From Candidatus Bathyarchaeota archaeon (GTDB lineage Archaea > Thermoproteota > Bathyarchaeia > Bathyarchaeales > Bathycorpusculaceae), in the NCBI GenBank assembly GCA_963811105.1, contig CAWEPZ010000002.1, positions 544,001 through 608,000 of the forward strand: a DNA stretch of 64,000 nt. Reading direction: 5' to 3'. The position numbers and the translations under genes are program-made. Below, piece by piece: positions 30,084 to 39,203 of this stretch. Under the pieces are notes generated by a model, which was given only the letters and a program-made list of their open reading frames with translations, had not been told where the DNA came from and did not search any database. Positions within the stretch are counted from its first letter, which is position 1, and every line of letters begins with the position of its first letter.

Positions 30084-31901
30084 ATGTCAACCCCAATCAC
30101 ACATCCACAAACCGACGTCGTGGTATGCGGTTTAGGTCATATGGGTGGTCCAATAGCTGCAGAATTAACTGCAGCGAAATACAATGTTGTGGGAATAGAA
30201 AAAGGCCCATTCTGGGATTTTGCGACTGACTGGCGACAAGACAACAAAGATGACGAATGGGCTATCGGGCTGGAAAGAAAGTTCGATCATCCACTTTACA
30301 TTTCAACCTTCACAATTAGAAACACCATGGACCAGTTTGCTTTGCCCGTAAGACGCTACACAAAATCCGTTCAGTACCATGCTTTAGGTCATGGCGTGGG
30401 CGGCGTTGGAGTTCATTATGGTGGTGGCCTGGGAAGATTTTCACCATGGTCATATTCACCTGTCACCATGACAAAAGCGAAATATGGCGAAGCAGGATAC
30501 AACACTATATTAAGCAACGTGAAGGGAGGAACACCGGACTTAGAAGACTGGCCTGTCACATATGAAGACATGGTGCCATACTATGACTCCTGGGAAAAAG
30601 CTCTAGGCGTAGTAGGAACCAACCAAGACCCCTTCATCCCAAACGCCCATTATCCAAACCCTCCCCACCCAGAAACTGCTCATGCACCAATTTTCAAAAA
30701 TGCAGTAACAAGCCTTGGCTACACTCCTTATCCAACTGTTAGCGGCCTAGTAAGTGCAGGTTACACAAACCAATATGGCATCGCACGAAACAGTTGCGTA
30801 TACTGCGGCTGGTGTGGCGGCGCCTGTAACTATCCTTGTGAAGTTGGCGCCAAAAGTAGTTCTCATGTAACTACAATCCCTGCAGCAATTAATACAGGCC
30901 TATTCGACATGCGGCTTGACTCATACATTTTCCGCATCGACACCGATAATACGGGCAAAGCAACAGGCGTCAGATACTACGACGCCACAGGCAAGGTGCA
31001 TGTCCAACCCGCAAAGGTCGTGTTCAACGGGTTATGGGGCTTTAACCTCATGCGAGCAATGCTCTTGTCAGGAATAGGCACACCATACGACCCTGTTAAT
31101 CACACTGGTTCTTTAGGACGCGGCTTAGCCAACGGTTATAACCCTGCAACTTCAAGCGCAAGCGTACCGCTAAACGTTGGAGCAAACACTTACGTAAGCG
31201 GAAACGCCGCTGGCGGAGGTTACGCCATAATGGACCTCAACGAAGTCAACCCAAAATACAGCCATACTGACGATTTAACCTTCATGGGCGGTGTCAGCTT
31301 AAGCTTTGGAAACTACTTGGGAAGTGGTCCAGCGACATTCTCTTCTCACCCGCCAGGTAGAACTAACTTTGGCAGCACATGGAAAGCATCCATTAAAGAC
31401 GAGAGAATCCCCCAGAAAATAACAGCAACCCTATCAGGTACAGGACCTAATTTACCTCTCCTTGAACACTTTGCTGACTTGGACCCACATTACAGCGACA
31501 TCTACGGTGACCCATGCGCACGAATCACCCTGGACTGGGATGCCAACACTTACCGGACCTCAAATTACCTCATCAACAAAACCACGCTTATCACAGACAT
31601 CCTTGGCAAAATGGGCGACTCAACTAAAATCAAGAAAAACACGGTTGCTGAGCTTTCCCAGCATGTTGACTGGTGGGGACACCACATGAGAGGCGGCGCA
31701 AGAACAGGCTCAAACAAGGCAACATCAGTATTTAATAAGTGGATGCAGTGCTGGACTAGCGAAAACTTGTTTGCTGCTGGAGAAATCTGCGATACTTTCG
31801 GAGACAACATAACTGCTGGAACACACGTTGCCGGAGCAATGGCATATCTTGCAGCCGACGGAATAAAGAAGTATCTAGCAAATCCAGCCCCGCTTGTCTA
31901 A
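30084..31901 (+). CDS. GMC flavoprotein, gluconate 2-dehydrogenase alpha-subunit-like
   Basis: DVVVCGLGHMGG FAD motif, GVGG..VHY, DWPVTYED..PYY, Cys cluster CVYCGWC..CEVGAK, DLDPHYSD.YG.P. Confidence 0.9.
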   Translation: MSTPITHPQTDVVVCGLGHMGGPIAAELTAAKYNVVGIEKGPFWDFATDWRQDNKDDEWAIGLERKFDHPLYISTFTIRNTMDQFALPVRRYTKSVQYHALGHGVGGVGVHYGGGLGRFSPWSYSPVTMTKAKYGEAGYNTILSNVKGGTPDLEDWPVTYEDMVPYYDSWEKALGVVGTNQDPFIPNAHYPNPPHPETAHAPIFKNAVTSLGYTPYPTVSGLVSAGYTNQYGIARNSCVYCGWCGGACNYPCEVGAKSSSHVTTIPAAINTGLFDMRLDSYIFRIDTDNTGKATGVRYYDATGKVHVQPAKVVFNGLWGFNLMRAMLLSGIGTPYDPVNHTGSLGRGLANGYNPATSSASVPLNVGANTYVSGNAAGGGYAIMDLNEVNPKYSHTDDLTFMGGVSLSFGNYLGSGPATFSSHPPGRTNFGSTWKASIKDERIPQKITATLSGTGPNLPLLEHFADLDPHYSDIYGDPCARITLDWDANTYRTSNYLINKTTLITDILGKMGDSTKIKKNTVAELSQHVDWWGHHMRGGARTGSNKATSVFNKWMQCWTSENLFAAGEICDTFGDNITAGTHVAGAMAYLAADGIKKYLANPAPLV

Positions 31902-31941
31902 ACAACGAACCCAACTCTTTTTTACTCTTTGAGTTTCAAGC

Positions 31942-32517
31942 ATGAGCTATACTAACAAGGATATTTGGGATCAACTTAGCCACTTTGTAAACATAATTCC
32001 GCAAGAATATCTCAAAGCACTATTGATTTTGCATGATAAACTTGGAGACAAGACTATCAAGTGGGTCCTGACTGGCGACTTGGCGGAAAGTTTAAGAGTA
32101 GTTAAAGTTGAACCTAACTGCATAGAAATTGTAACTTCAGAAGATGACGCGCAACGAATTTTACCAGCAGTTCAAGAATTTGCTCCGACCCCAATAACTT
32201 TTCAAACCCAGAAACTCTCGAGAAACGCCTTAATTCAGGGAAAAGAGTATCCAGTATACATTAGAAGCTACTTTTTCAACTTTAACCTAAATTCGGTCAA
32301 AGTCAAGGTTCAAGGCGACTTGCAGTACAAAGTCGGACACTGGGACTGGGGTGACATTTTCGATTTTACTCCTGACTACGTTAGTGTTGTTGGAAAAAGA
32401 ATCGCAGTGACACCTCTCTCAATCGCAACTGAACTTTACCAATCTCTAGGGTGGGTTGACAGAGTGGATAAAATAAAAGAAGTAACTCAAAAATCGCGAG
32501 TTCCAAGGCCATCTTAG
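31942..32517 (+). CDS. Hypothetical protein, nucleotidyltransferase-like fold
   Basis: WVLTGDLA..L.V..EP..IEI resembles a degenerate NTase motif. Confidence 0.55.
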   Translation: MSYTNKDIWDQLSHFVNIIPQEYLKALLILHDKLGDKTIKWVLTGDLAESLRVVKVEPNCIEIVTSEDDAQRILPAVQEFAPTPITFQTQKLSRNALIQGKEYPVYIRSYFFNFNLNSVKVKVQGDLQYKVGHWDWGDIFDFTPDYVSVVGKRIAVTPLSIATELYQSLGWVDRVDKIKEVTQKSRVPRPS

Positions 32518-32523
32518 AACAAA

Positions 32524-33390
32524 TTAAATTAAGATTATTTTATCAACAATTAACCCTATCATCAAACACGCTAAATAAGGCATTGAGGCAACAAATACCT
32601 TGAATCCGTTCGCCTCAGACGTTCCGGCTATCAATCCTCTATTTTGAAACAAAAATAAAGATCCAGCCACCACAGCAAAAAACAAAAAAACGGTGCCTGT
32701 CAGTTGCGAAAGCGGAAACAGAAAAGCGGAAGCAACCGTCAAAACATTCAGCCCAAAAACAACATACGAAGACCTAACTATGCCAATCCTAACGGGCAAC
32801 ATTGGAACTCCAGCATGTTTGTACTCTTTCATTTTTTTGATGGCTAACCCCCAGAGATGTCCAGGAGTCCAAAGAAAATCAAACATTGCAACGAGCAGGG
32901 GCATTAAACTCAGAGTATTCACGGCAGCTGTCCAGCCTGAAAGAGCTGCGAAACAGCCAGCAAAGCCTCCAATAACTACATTCCAGGAGCTGATGCGTTT
33001 AAGCCAAACCGTGTACACATAGAGGTAAAATGCTGTTCCAAGAGCAATCATTAAAGCGGTTAATGGGTTAAGAAGAAAGAAGGCTAAGCCAAGGGATGAT
33101 CCAATCATAATTGTTCCAAATACTATCGCCTTATTAGACTTGACATGTCCAGATGGAATTGCCCTTCTTGATGTTCGCGCCATCAACTTGTCAATATCTT
33201 GATCGTAAACACTATTTATGACACCACAACCGCCCGCCGCCAAATAGCCAATCACAACAAACACTGCCAGCTTAAGCCAATCAACAGTTGGAAACCCTGC
33301 AACCACGAAACAGGTGACGCCTACCAGTAGGTTTAAGAGAGTAACCTTAGGCTTTGTAAGTTCGAGATATTTGCTTGTTTTTTGGGGCAT
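32524..33390 (-). CDS. cyoE: Heme O synthase (protoheme IX farnesyltransferase)
   Basis: LTKPKV, N..YDQDID.LM.RT..R.IPSG, YT.WLKR, WTPGH, EY..AGVPMLP. Confidence 0.95.
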   Translation of the reverse strand: MPQKTSKYLELTKPKVTLLNLLVGVTCFVVAGFPTVDWLKLAVFVVIGYLAAGGCGVINSVYDQDIDKLMARTSRRAIPSGHVKSNKAIVFGTIMIGSSLGLAFFLLNPLTALMIALGTAFYLYVYTVWLKRISSWNVVIGGFAGCFAALSGWTAAVNTLSLMPLLVAMFDFLWTPGHLWGLAIKKMKEYKHAGVPMLPVRIGIVRSSYVVFGLNVLTVASAFLFPLSQLTGTVFLFFAVVAGSLFLFQNRGLIAGTSEANGFKVFVASMPYLACLMIGLIVDKIILI

Positions 33391-33420
33391 TATGCTAAAC
33401 TCTTTTGAATATTGATACTC

Positions 33421-33957
33421 TTACATTCCCATTCCATTTTCCAGGCTTGAATTTGTGGTGATTATGACAGAGCCGTACATTCCAGCTTCAGCGTGTCCTG
33501 AAATTGGACAGATGTAGTAAAATGTTGAACCAGCGTTGTTGGGTGTAAAAATCACTGAGCCTTTTTGGTTTGGCTGAACCGGATCGGTGGCTGAACCGAT
33601 TTGAGCGTTGAAAAGCACCTTGGCTCCTGTTCTCGGTGCATTGGTAACTGCAAAAGCGTAAGGCATTTTTCCAATGTTAACTACGGTTATGTTAACCACA
33701 TCAGATGTTTTGAATCGAAGTGTGGGTCCGGGTGAAGCCAAAGTATTTGGCGATTCGCCGAAACCATATTGATTTCCTGATATTTCTCCCTCATAAAGTA
33801 CAATGTTTATTGTTGGAGTTTTGTTTGAAGCGATAGAAATTGCAGTTAACGGGAGTTGGGCATCAAATACAAACACAGTCATTGCCGCAAAGTAAAAAAT
33901 TGCCGCAAGCCCTATGATCCCAATAATTGTTAAGTTTGTTTTGCGCGTTTTGTTTAC
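33421..33957 (-). CDS. Membrane-anchored sulfocyanin/rusticyanin-like cupredoxin (first His ligand reads Tyr)
   Basis: SPGPTL, YYICPISGHAEAGMYG (C, H, M ligands); the open frame encodes an N-terminal TM anchor from ~33957 with no canonical start. Confidence 0.8.
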   Translation of the reverse strand, partial: VNKTRKTNLTIIGIIGLAAIFYFAAMTVFVFDAQLPLTAISIASNKTPTINIVLYEGEISGNQYGFGESPNTLASPGPTLRFKTSDVVNITVVNIGKMPYAFAVTNAPRTGAKVLFNAQIGSATDPVQPNQKGSVIFTPNNAGSTFYYICPISGHAEAGMYGSVIITTNSSLENGMGM

Positions 33958-34235
33958 ATCCCCATTGTGATAGTCAATGCGGCAGAAACCCCAAGGAAAA
34001 CAACGCCTATAATGGCAGCTAAGGGTAGAGTAGCAAGTCTAATTCCGTCATAACGTAGGTGCTGATAGTACAGCGCTATAGCCATTGCTTTCGCTGAGGC
34101 AATTAGGCTGATCACAAGCACGATAAAGGATGTTGATCCAGGCAGAGATCGGACTACTACCTCCATTACAGTAGCTAACACTAGTCCAAGCCAGATTCCG
34201 ATATAGATTTTAATTCCAGGCATACTTTTTTTCAC
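33954..34235 (-). CDS. ctaF: Heme-copper oxidase subunit IV
   Basis: Three short TM helices; KA..IALYYQHLRY motif; follows subunit III. Confidence 0.8.
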   Translation of the reverse strand: MKKSMPGIKIYIGIWLGLVLATVMEVVVRSLPGSTSFIVLVISLIASAKAMAIALYYQHLRYDGIRLATLPLAAIIGVVFLGVSAALTITMGM

Positions 34236-35009
34236 CTAAATTAAGTAGAAGAGCGGAAAGAGGAACATCCAAACGATATCAACAAAGTGCCAATAGACAC
34301 CGATGTTTTCTACTGCAATGTGTTTCGTGCTCGTAAATCCTCCGCCAAATGCCCTAAACATAAGATATCCAACTGCCACTAAGCCCACAGCTACGTGTAC
34401 TGCATGAATGCCAGTTAACACATAGTAACTAGAGGCAGGCAAACCGCTGTTTATTGTGAATCCATTGCGGACAAGAGTGGGCCATTCAACTCCAAGCTTA
34501 ATTCCTAGGAAAGCGAAGCCTAACGCAAATGTTGTTACTAAACAAATTTTTAGTCCTTTCACGTTGCCTTCCCTTATCGAGTAAAGTGCTAGAATCATTG
34601 CCAAACTGCTTGTAAGCAAGATAATCGTGTTCGTCATTCCAAGTAGCATGTTATGGGTTTGCGTTGCTATAGGCCAAGAACCGCTATTTATTCGAACGTA
34701 AACGTAGGCAATAATAAGCGACCCAAAAATCAAGATTTCTGATGCAAGAAAAACCCATAATCCAAGTTTCTCCTTGCTTACTGACTCAAGAGGAAATTTT
34801 TCTTCCGCAGTTTCTTTGGATCCGGCGAACTTTTCCTCAGCGCCGTCTTTGAACACTTTAATCAGCGCTGCGGATATGATGATTAGTCCAGCTACGAGAA
34901 GCGGAATATAGATTGCAAGTCCCAGCAAAAATACTGCGACTCCTGCCGCAATTAAAATCGGCATGTAGGAAGATTTGCTTTCCTCAGCTTTTGTATTTTC
35001 ATCTTTCAT
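34236..35009 (-). CDS. coxC: Heme-copper oxidase subunit III
   Basis: WVFLASE..FG, NT.ILL.SS, LTGIHAVHV, YWHFVDIVW; start MKDEN at 35009. Confidence 0.93.
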   Translation of the reverse strand: MKDENTKAEESKSSYMPILIAAGVAVFLLGLAIYIPLLVAGLIIISAALIKVFKDGAEEKFAGSKETAEEKFPLESVSKEKLGLWVFLASEILIFGSLIIAYVYVRINSGSWPIATQTHNMLLGMTNTIILLTSSLAMILALYSIREGNVKGLKICLVTTFALGFAFLGIKLGVEWPTLVRNGFTINSGLPASSYYVLTGIHAVHVAVGLVAVGYLMFRAFGGGFTSTKHIAVENIGVYWHFVDIVWMFLFPLFYLI

Positions 35010-35010
35010 A

Positions 35011-36669
35011 TTATGATACCTTCTCGGGAGCTTTGGTTCCCTCAATTGTTTCTGACGAGTCAGTCGCATCCGCTGTGTCGGATGTCTTTATCATAGACTC
35101 GGGTGACGATTCTGATCCGCTATAGTTGCCTGTCCACTCCATTTCTTTTGCGTCCCATGGGTTTGGTTCGGAAGGTTCATTTTTTCTATAACTTATAAGA
35201 AGGTTTAGAATGGTTAGTAAGACGGCTGGTCCGAACACATAAGCCCCTATTGTTGCATCAAGATTCAAGGATGCCCATCCTGAAAGCACAGGGTAAGTTG
35301 AAATTCTTCTGGGCATATTCAGAAGGAAAAAGTAGGGCATATAGAGTACATTGAATCCAATGAACGAAATTGCAAAGGTGACTTTGCCGAATTTTTCGTT
35401 GTATTTTCTTTTGGTTATTTTTGGCCACCAATAATAGAGCCCGGCCAAAAGCGCGAACAATGCAGTTCCAGCCATGACATAGTGAAAGTGGCCTACCACC
35501 CAGTATGTTCCTCGGAAAGCGAAGTCTAAAACTGGAAAAGCTTGCAAGACCCCGGTAACTCCGCCAAGGGTGACAGTAAATATTGACGCTAAACAAAATA
35601 GCATCGGCGTTGTCAGCTTTATTCTGCCTTTATAAAGTGTTAACACCAAGCCAAGAACTAGCCCTTCAAAAGGTATGGAAATAGCCAAAGTCGTAACCGA
35701 GAATGCTTGCAAAACATCGTAGTTTACTCCTGTTGTGAACATATGGTGCATCCAAACTCCCAAGCTCAGAAAGGTCACTGCGGCAAACTCTATAATGAAA
35801 ATTTTTCTCTGGAATAATGGTTTCTTGGCAAATGTCATAAAAACTTCGGCAATTATGCCCAAAGAAGGAAAAACAACAATGTAGACTTCTGGGTGTCCAA
35901 AGAACCAGAAGAGCTCGTCCCACAAAATGCTTCCTCCCTGTGTAGAACTGAAGAAGACGGTGCCTAGGATTCGGTCCGTTGTTAGCAACACCAACCCTGC
36001 TGCTAATGGGGGAAACGCAAAAAGCGCCAGCGCCATAGTCATTAGAATGGACCAAGTAAAGATTGGTAGACGCGTCCACGTTACACCTTTAGCCCTGTTT
36101 TTCACGACCGTCGTGATAAAGTTAATTGAGGACATTGTGGCTGAGACAGCAAATAATGCTAATGCCAATATGGCAAGAGTTGCTCCTGCTTGAGGTGTGA
36201 ATTGTATGGTGTTTAGAGGCGCATAAAGTGTCCAACCTGTATTTGGTCCACCTCCAGGGAGAAAAACTGTTCCAACAAGAAGTACACCGCTGAAGAGGTA
36301 CATCCAGTAGCTTGTAGCGTTTAAACGTGGAAATGCCAAGTCTTTTGCACCTATCTGAAGTGGCACAATGTAGTTAGCTATTCCAAAACCAAGAGCTGAA
36401 AGAACCCAGAGAATCATTAAAAGCCCATGCAAGGTTACGACCTGATCATAAGCGAAAGGATCAAGAAGAGTTCCGTTTGGCACCGCGAGTTGTGTTCTTA
36501 TAAGTTCGCCAAACGAGCCTGCCACGATTAGAAAAAACACGGCTGTTATTATGTAGAGTATGCCTACTCGCTTGTGATTGGTTGTTGTTAACCAGTTTTT
36601 GATGGAGTCTCCGCGGTACAAGTTTTTAGCCTCCTGACTTTGTAGGGTTTGTCGCTGTCTGATTTCCAA
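35011..36669 (-). CDS. coxA: Heme-copper oxidase subunit I, A1 type
   Basis: TNHKRVG, HGLLM, DLAFPRLN (D-channel), GWT.Y.PL, FGHPEVY, WMHHMF, GHFHY, MPRR. Confidence 0.96.
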   Translation of the reverse strand: MEIRQRQTLQSQEAKNLYRGDSIKNWLTTTNHKRVGILYIITAVFFLIVAGSFGELIRTQLAVPNGTLLDPFAYDQVVTLHGLLMILWVLSALGFGIANYIVPLQIGAKDLAFPRLNATSYWMYLFSGVLLVGTVFLPGGGPNTGWTLYAPLNTIQFTPQAGATLAILALALFAVSATMSSINFITTVVKNRAKGVTWTRLPIFTWSILMTMALALFAFPPLAAGLVLLTTDRILGTVFFSSTQGGSILWDELFWFFGHPEVYIVVFPSLGIIAEVFMTFAKKPLFQRKIFIIEFAAVTFLSLGVWMHHMFTTGVNYDVLQAFSVTTLAISIPFEGLVLGLVLTLYKGRIKLTTPMLFCLASIFTVTLGGVTGVLQAFPVLDFAFRGTYWVVGHFHYVMAGTALFALLAGLYYWWPKITKRKYNEKFGKVTFAISFIGFNVLYMPYFFLLNMPRRISTYPVLSGWASLNLDATIGAYVFGPAVLLTILNLLISYRKNEPSEPNPWDAKEMEWTGNYSGSESSPESMIKTSDTADATDSSETIEGTKAPEKVS

Positions 36670-37297
36670 GCCACTGGTTAAAAGCGGCTGAATCCATAAT
36701 TATAAGTGGCATATTCATGTACGTGTGACCAGCGCCACACAATTCGTAGCAGCGAATAGTATAGTTTAGTTGACTGTTTCCATTTAAGGATGGAGTTGTT
36801 ACTCCAATTACATTGTATCTGCCCGGTATGGCGTCGACTTTAACTCTGAAGTCCATTAGACCAAAATTATGCATAACGTCGCTACTTGTTACATTAAAAA
36901 TAATACTTTTGTTAGCCGGAACAGCACATTCTCTTGTAGAGTATACTCCGGTAGGATAAGTAAAATTAAAACTCCATTGGAAAGCTGTGACCTTTATAAC
37001 TAAGCTTTCTGAAACAGGTGGTGGAAACCGAGCATTGGGCGTGAGTCTGTAGGAAGCGACTGTCAAACTAAGCAAGATTATAATTGAAATTACTGCGAAA
37101 ATCACAGCTTCTCTAGCTCGATTTCTTGATAAACCGATTTGAGGAATAAATTTTGGTTGTCCTTTTCTCTCCCGATATCTTATCGCAAAGAAAACCATTG
37201 CGCCTATAACAACCGCCACTGCCAATATTGCGATAGTAACAGCTAGAGTGAAGAGATTGTTCCAATCTACAGTCGAAGAGGGCAGAGGTTGTGACAT
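36626..37297 (-). CDS. coxB: Heme-copper oxidase subunit II with CuA site
   Basis: Two TM helices, QWSF, DVMH, CYELCGAGHTYM; no fused cytochrome c (no CxxCH). Confidence 0.94.
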   Translation of the reverse strand: MSQPLPSSTVDWNNLFTLAVTIAILAVAVVIGAMVFFAIRYRERKGQPKFIPQIGLSRNRAREAVIFAVISIIILLSLTVASYRLTPNARFPPPVSESLVIKVTAFQWSFNFTYPTGVYSTRECAVPANKSIIFNVTSSDVMHNFGLMDFRVKVDAIPGRYNVIGVTTPSLNGNSQLNYTIRCYELCGAGHTYMNMPLIIMDSAAFNQWLGNQTATNPTKSGG

Positions 37298-37369
37298 AAA
37301 ATTGGCCTTTTCTTTTTAATCAAAACTCTGTAAGAAAATAAAAAGAAAGAGGGATTATCAAAGTCATGT

Positions 37370-37840
37370 TTATGGGGCAACCGTAACTGGACCATACATT
37401 CCTAAGCTTACGTGGCTGTCAAGTTGACATATGTAAAAATAGCTTCCCGCGCTGCCTGCTGTGAATGTTGCTGAAGCACTGCTTCCTGGTGCGACTGGAT
37501 TGCTGACTGATCCTACTTGTGCGCCGATGAAGGCTAAGTTTGTGTTTCCATCGGTTTTCTGAGCGACGATGGCCCAGTTGTGTGGAATTGTTCCAACATT
37601 GTGAAGGGTAACGGTATAGGTTTGTCCTGCGGTGAAGGTCATTGTTGGTCCAGGTGATGTTATGCTGCCGGCAGTGTTGCCAAATCCGTATGCTGGTGAG
37701 TCTGATGCGTATATGTCAACGTGTGTTCCTCCGCCTCCCCCTGTGGAAGACGGTTTATAATACACATATGCGAGGACTCCTGCTATTACTATAACTATTA
37801 CGACGACTGCTGCGATAATGTATGAAGTAGTTTTATTCAT
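37370..37840 (-). CDS. Membrane-anchored sulfocyanin-like blue copper protein
   Basis: N-terminal TM anchor, SPGPT, PHNW, YFYICQLDSHVSLGM (H, C, H, M type 1 copper ligands). Confidence 0.88.
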   Translation of the reverse strand: MNKTTSYIIAAVVVIVIVIAGVLAYVYYKPSSTGGGGGTHVDIYASDSPAYGFGNTAGSITSPGPTMTFTAGQTYTVTLHNVGTIPHNWAIVAQKTDGNTNLAFIGAQVGSVSNPVAPGSSASATFTAGSAGSYFYICQLDSHVSLGMYGPVTVAP

Positions 37841-38066
37841 TCTTCCTGTCTCCTGAATTTTACTAAATCAGTTGATTAATAATCAGAAACTTGAGGGTTT
37901 AAAGCTGTGTTGGTTGCTTCGTACAGTCACAAGTTAATAAATGGGTTGAGAAATTAATGATAATTCAACGATGGATCGCATGTACAAAACTGATTAAGTG
38001 TGATTGACAAGCACCTATCACATAAATAGAAATAGCTAGGTCGGTTCCTTTATTTTAGGAATAATC

Positions 38067-38540
38067 ATGTTTCAGTATTGGCTAAGGATTATTGCTTTGC
38101 ATGCTGGGACTCCGCCCGTTATTTCCCAAACCATAATGTCGGTAATGTTTGTTAGTTTAGGCGTTTTTTTAATGGGCATCGGATTCGGGTATCTAATAAA
38201 GACCAGAGAAAATCTGCTTCAACATCGTTGGGTCTTGTCGGCGGTTGTCGCTTTATCTTTAGGCGCGATTTTTTTTGGGATGCTTCCTTCGTTTATCCGA
38301 TATTACGGCGATACTGATGTTGAGTTTTATTCTGCGCTCTCAGGGACAACGTTACTTCATGCCATTATTGGCGCCCCCGCAATCATTACAGCAACATATT
38401 ACGTGTTTGGTATATTGCCCAAGAAGAATTTGAAGAAGTGGATGAGATGGACCGCAGTTCTCTGGATAGCCAGCATTGTTTTAGGCATTGTTTTGTTCCT
38501 TCAGATGTTCAATTTGTTGCCTTCGATGCCAGGTATGTAG
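38067..38540 (+). CDS. DUF420/CtaM-like four-helix membrane protein
   Basis: LLQHRW...LLHAIIG...KKWMRW pattern with two intramembrane His. Confidence 0.65.
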   Translation: MFQYWLRIIALHAGTPPVISQTIMSVMFVSLGVFLMGIGFGYLIKTRENLLQHRWVLSAVVALSLGAIFFGMLPSFIRYYGDTDVEFYSALSGTTLLHAIIGAPAIITATYYVFGILPKKNLKKWMRWTAVLWIASIVLGIVLFLQMFNLLPSMPGM

Positions 38541-38546
38541 AGTACG

Positions 38547-38696
38547 ATGAAAGGAAAGTTGAATAGAGGTCAAAATGTATCAACGGAAAATGACTCAAAA
38601 CGCAAAGACGCAATAAAATTGTTGTTGACTGGGGCAATCGTAGCCACAGTGGCGATTGTAATTGGCTTAATTATTGTTATTCATTTTGGCTTCTAA
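38547..38696 (+). CDS. Small single-TM protein
   Basis: 49-aa ORF with a C-terminal hydrophobic helix, between the two DUF420-like genes. Confidence 0.45.
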   Translation: MKGKLNRGQNVSTENDSKRKDAIKLLLTGAIVATVAIVIGLIIVIHFGF

Positions 38697-38743
38697 CGTT
38701 CGCAAAGAAGAATATTTATTAGAAATTAAGACCTAAGTAATGT

Positions 38744-39184
38744 TTGGTTTTCAGCTTGTTTGCTAATTTAATTTTGATCGTTTCTCAAACTGCCTTAGCG
38801 CTAATGTTGGTTGTTTTAGGCGTGCTTTTTATAGGGATAAGTTACGGCGTTCTGACAAAAAGCAAAGAACGCCTTCTGCTGCATAGATGGAGCATGTCCG
38901 TAGCAATTGTTCTGGCTTGTGGGGCGATTTTGTTGGTCATGCTGCCTTCAGCTTTTAACTTTTACATCGACCCTAGCCTTCAATTTTTCTCTTCTTTATC
39001 AATTATTATTTTTATCCATGCAGTAGTCGGAGCCCCCGCCATCACAATAGGCTTAATTTATGCTCTCGGCGATTTGCCTCAAAAAGTTAAGCAATGGATG
39101 CGTTTGGCAGCAATCTTTTGGGCAATTAGCCTAGGTTTAGGATTATTTGTATTTTTAGAAATGATGGGATTCTTACCCTTTTGA
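38744..39184 (+). CDS. DUF420/CtaM-like membrane protein (paralog of 38067..38540)
   Basis: LLLHRW...IHAVVGAPAI...KQWMR; clearly similar to the upstream paralog. Confidence 0.65.
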   Translation: MVFSLFANLILIVSQTALALMLVVLGVLFIGISYGVLTKSKERLLLHRWSMSVAIVLACGAILLVMLPSAFNFYIDPSLQFFSSLSIIIFIHAVVGAPAITIGLIYALGDLPQKVKQWMRLAAIFWAISLGLGLFVFLEMMGFLPF

Positions 39185-39203
39185 AAGCGCCGTCCGCTCT
39201 CTG

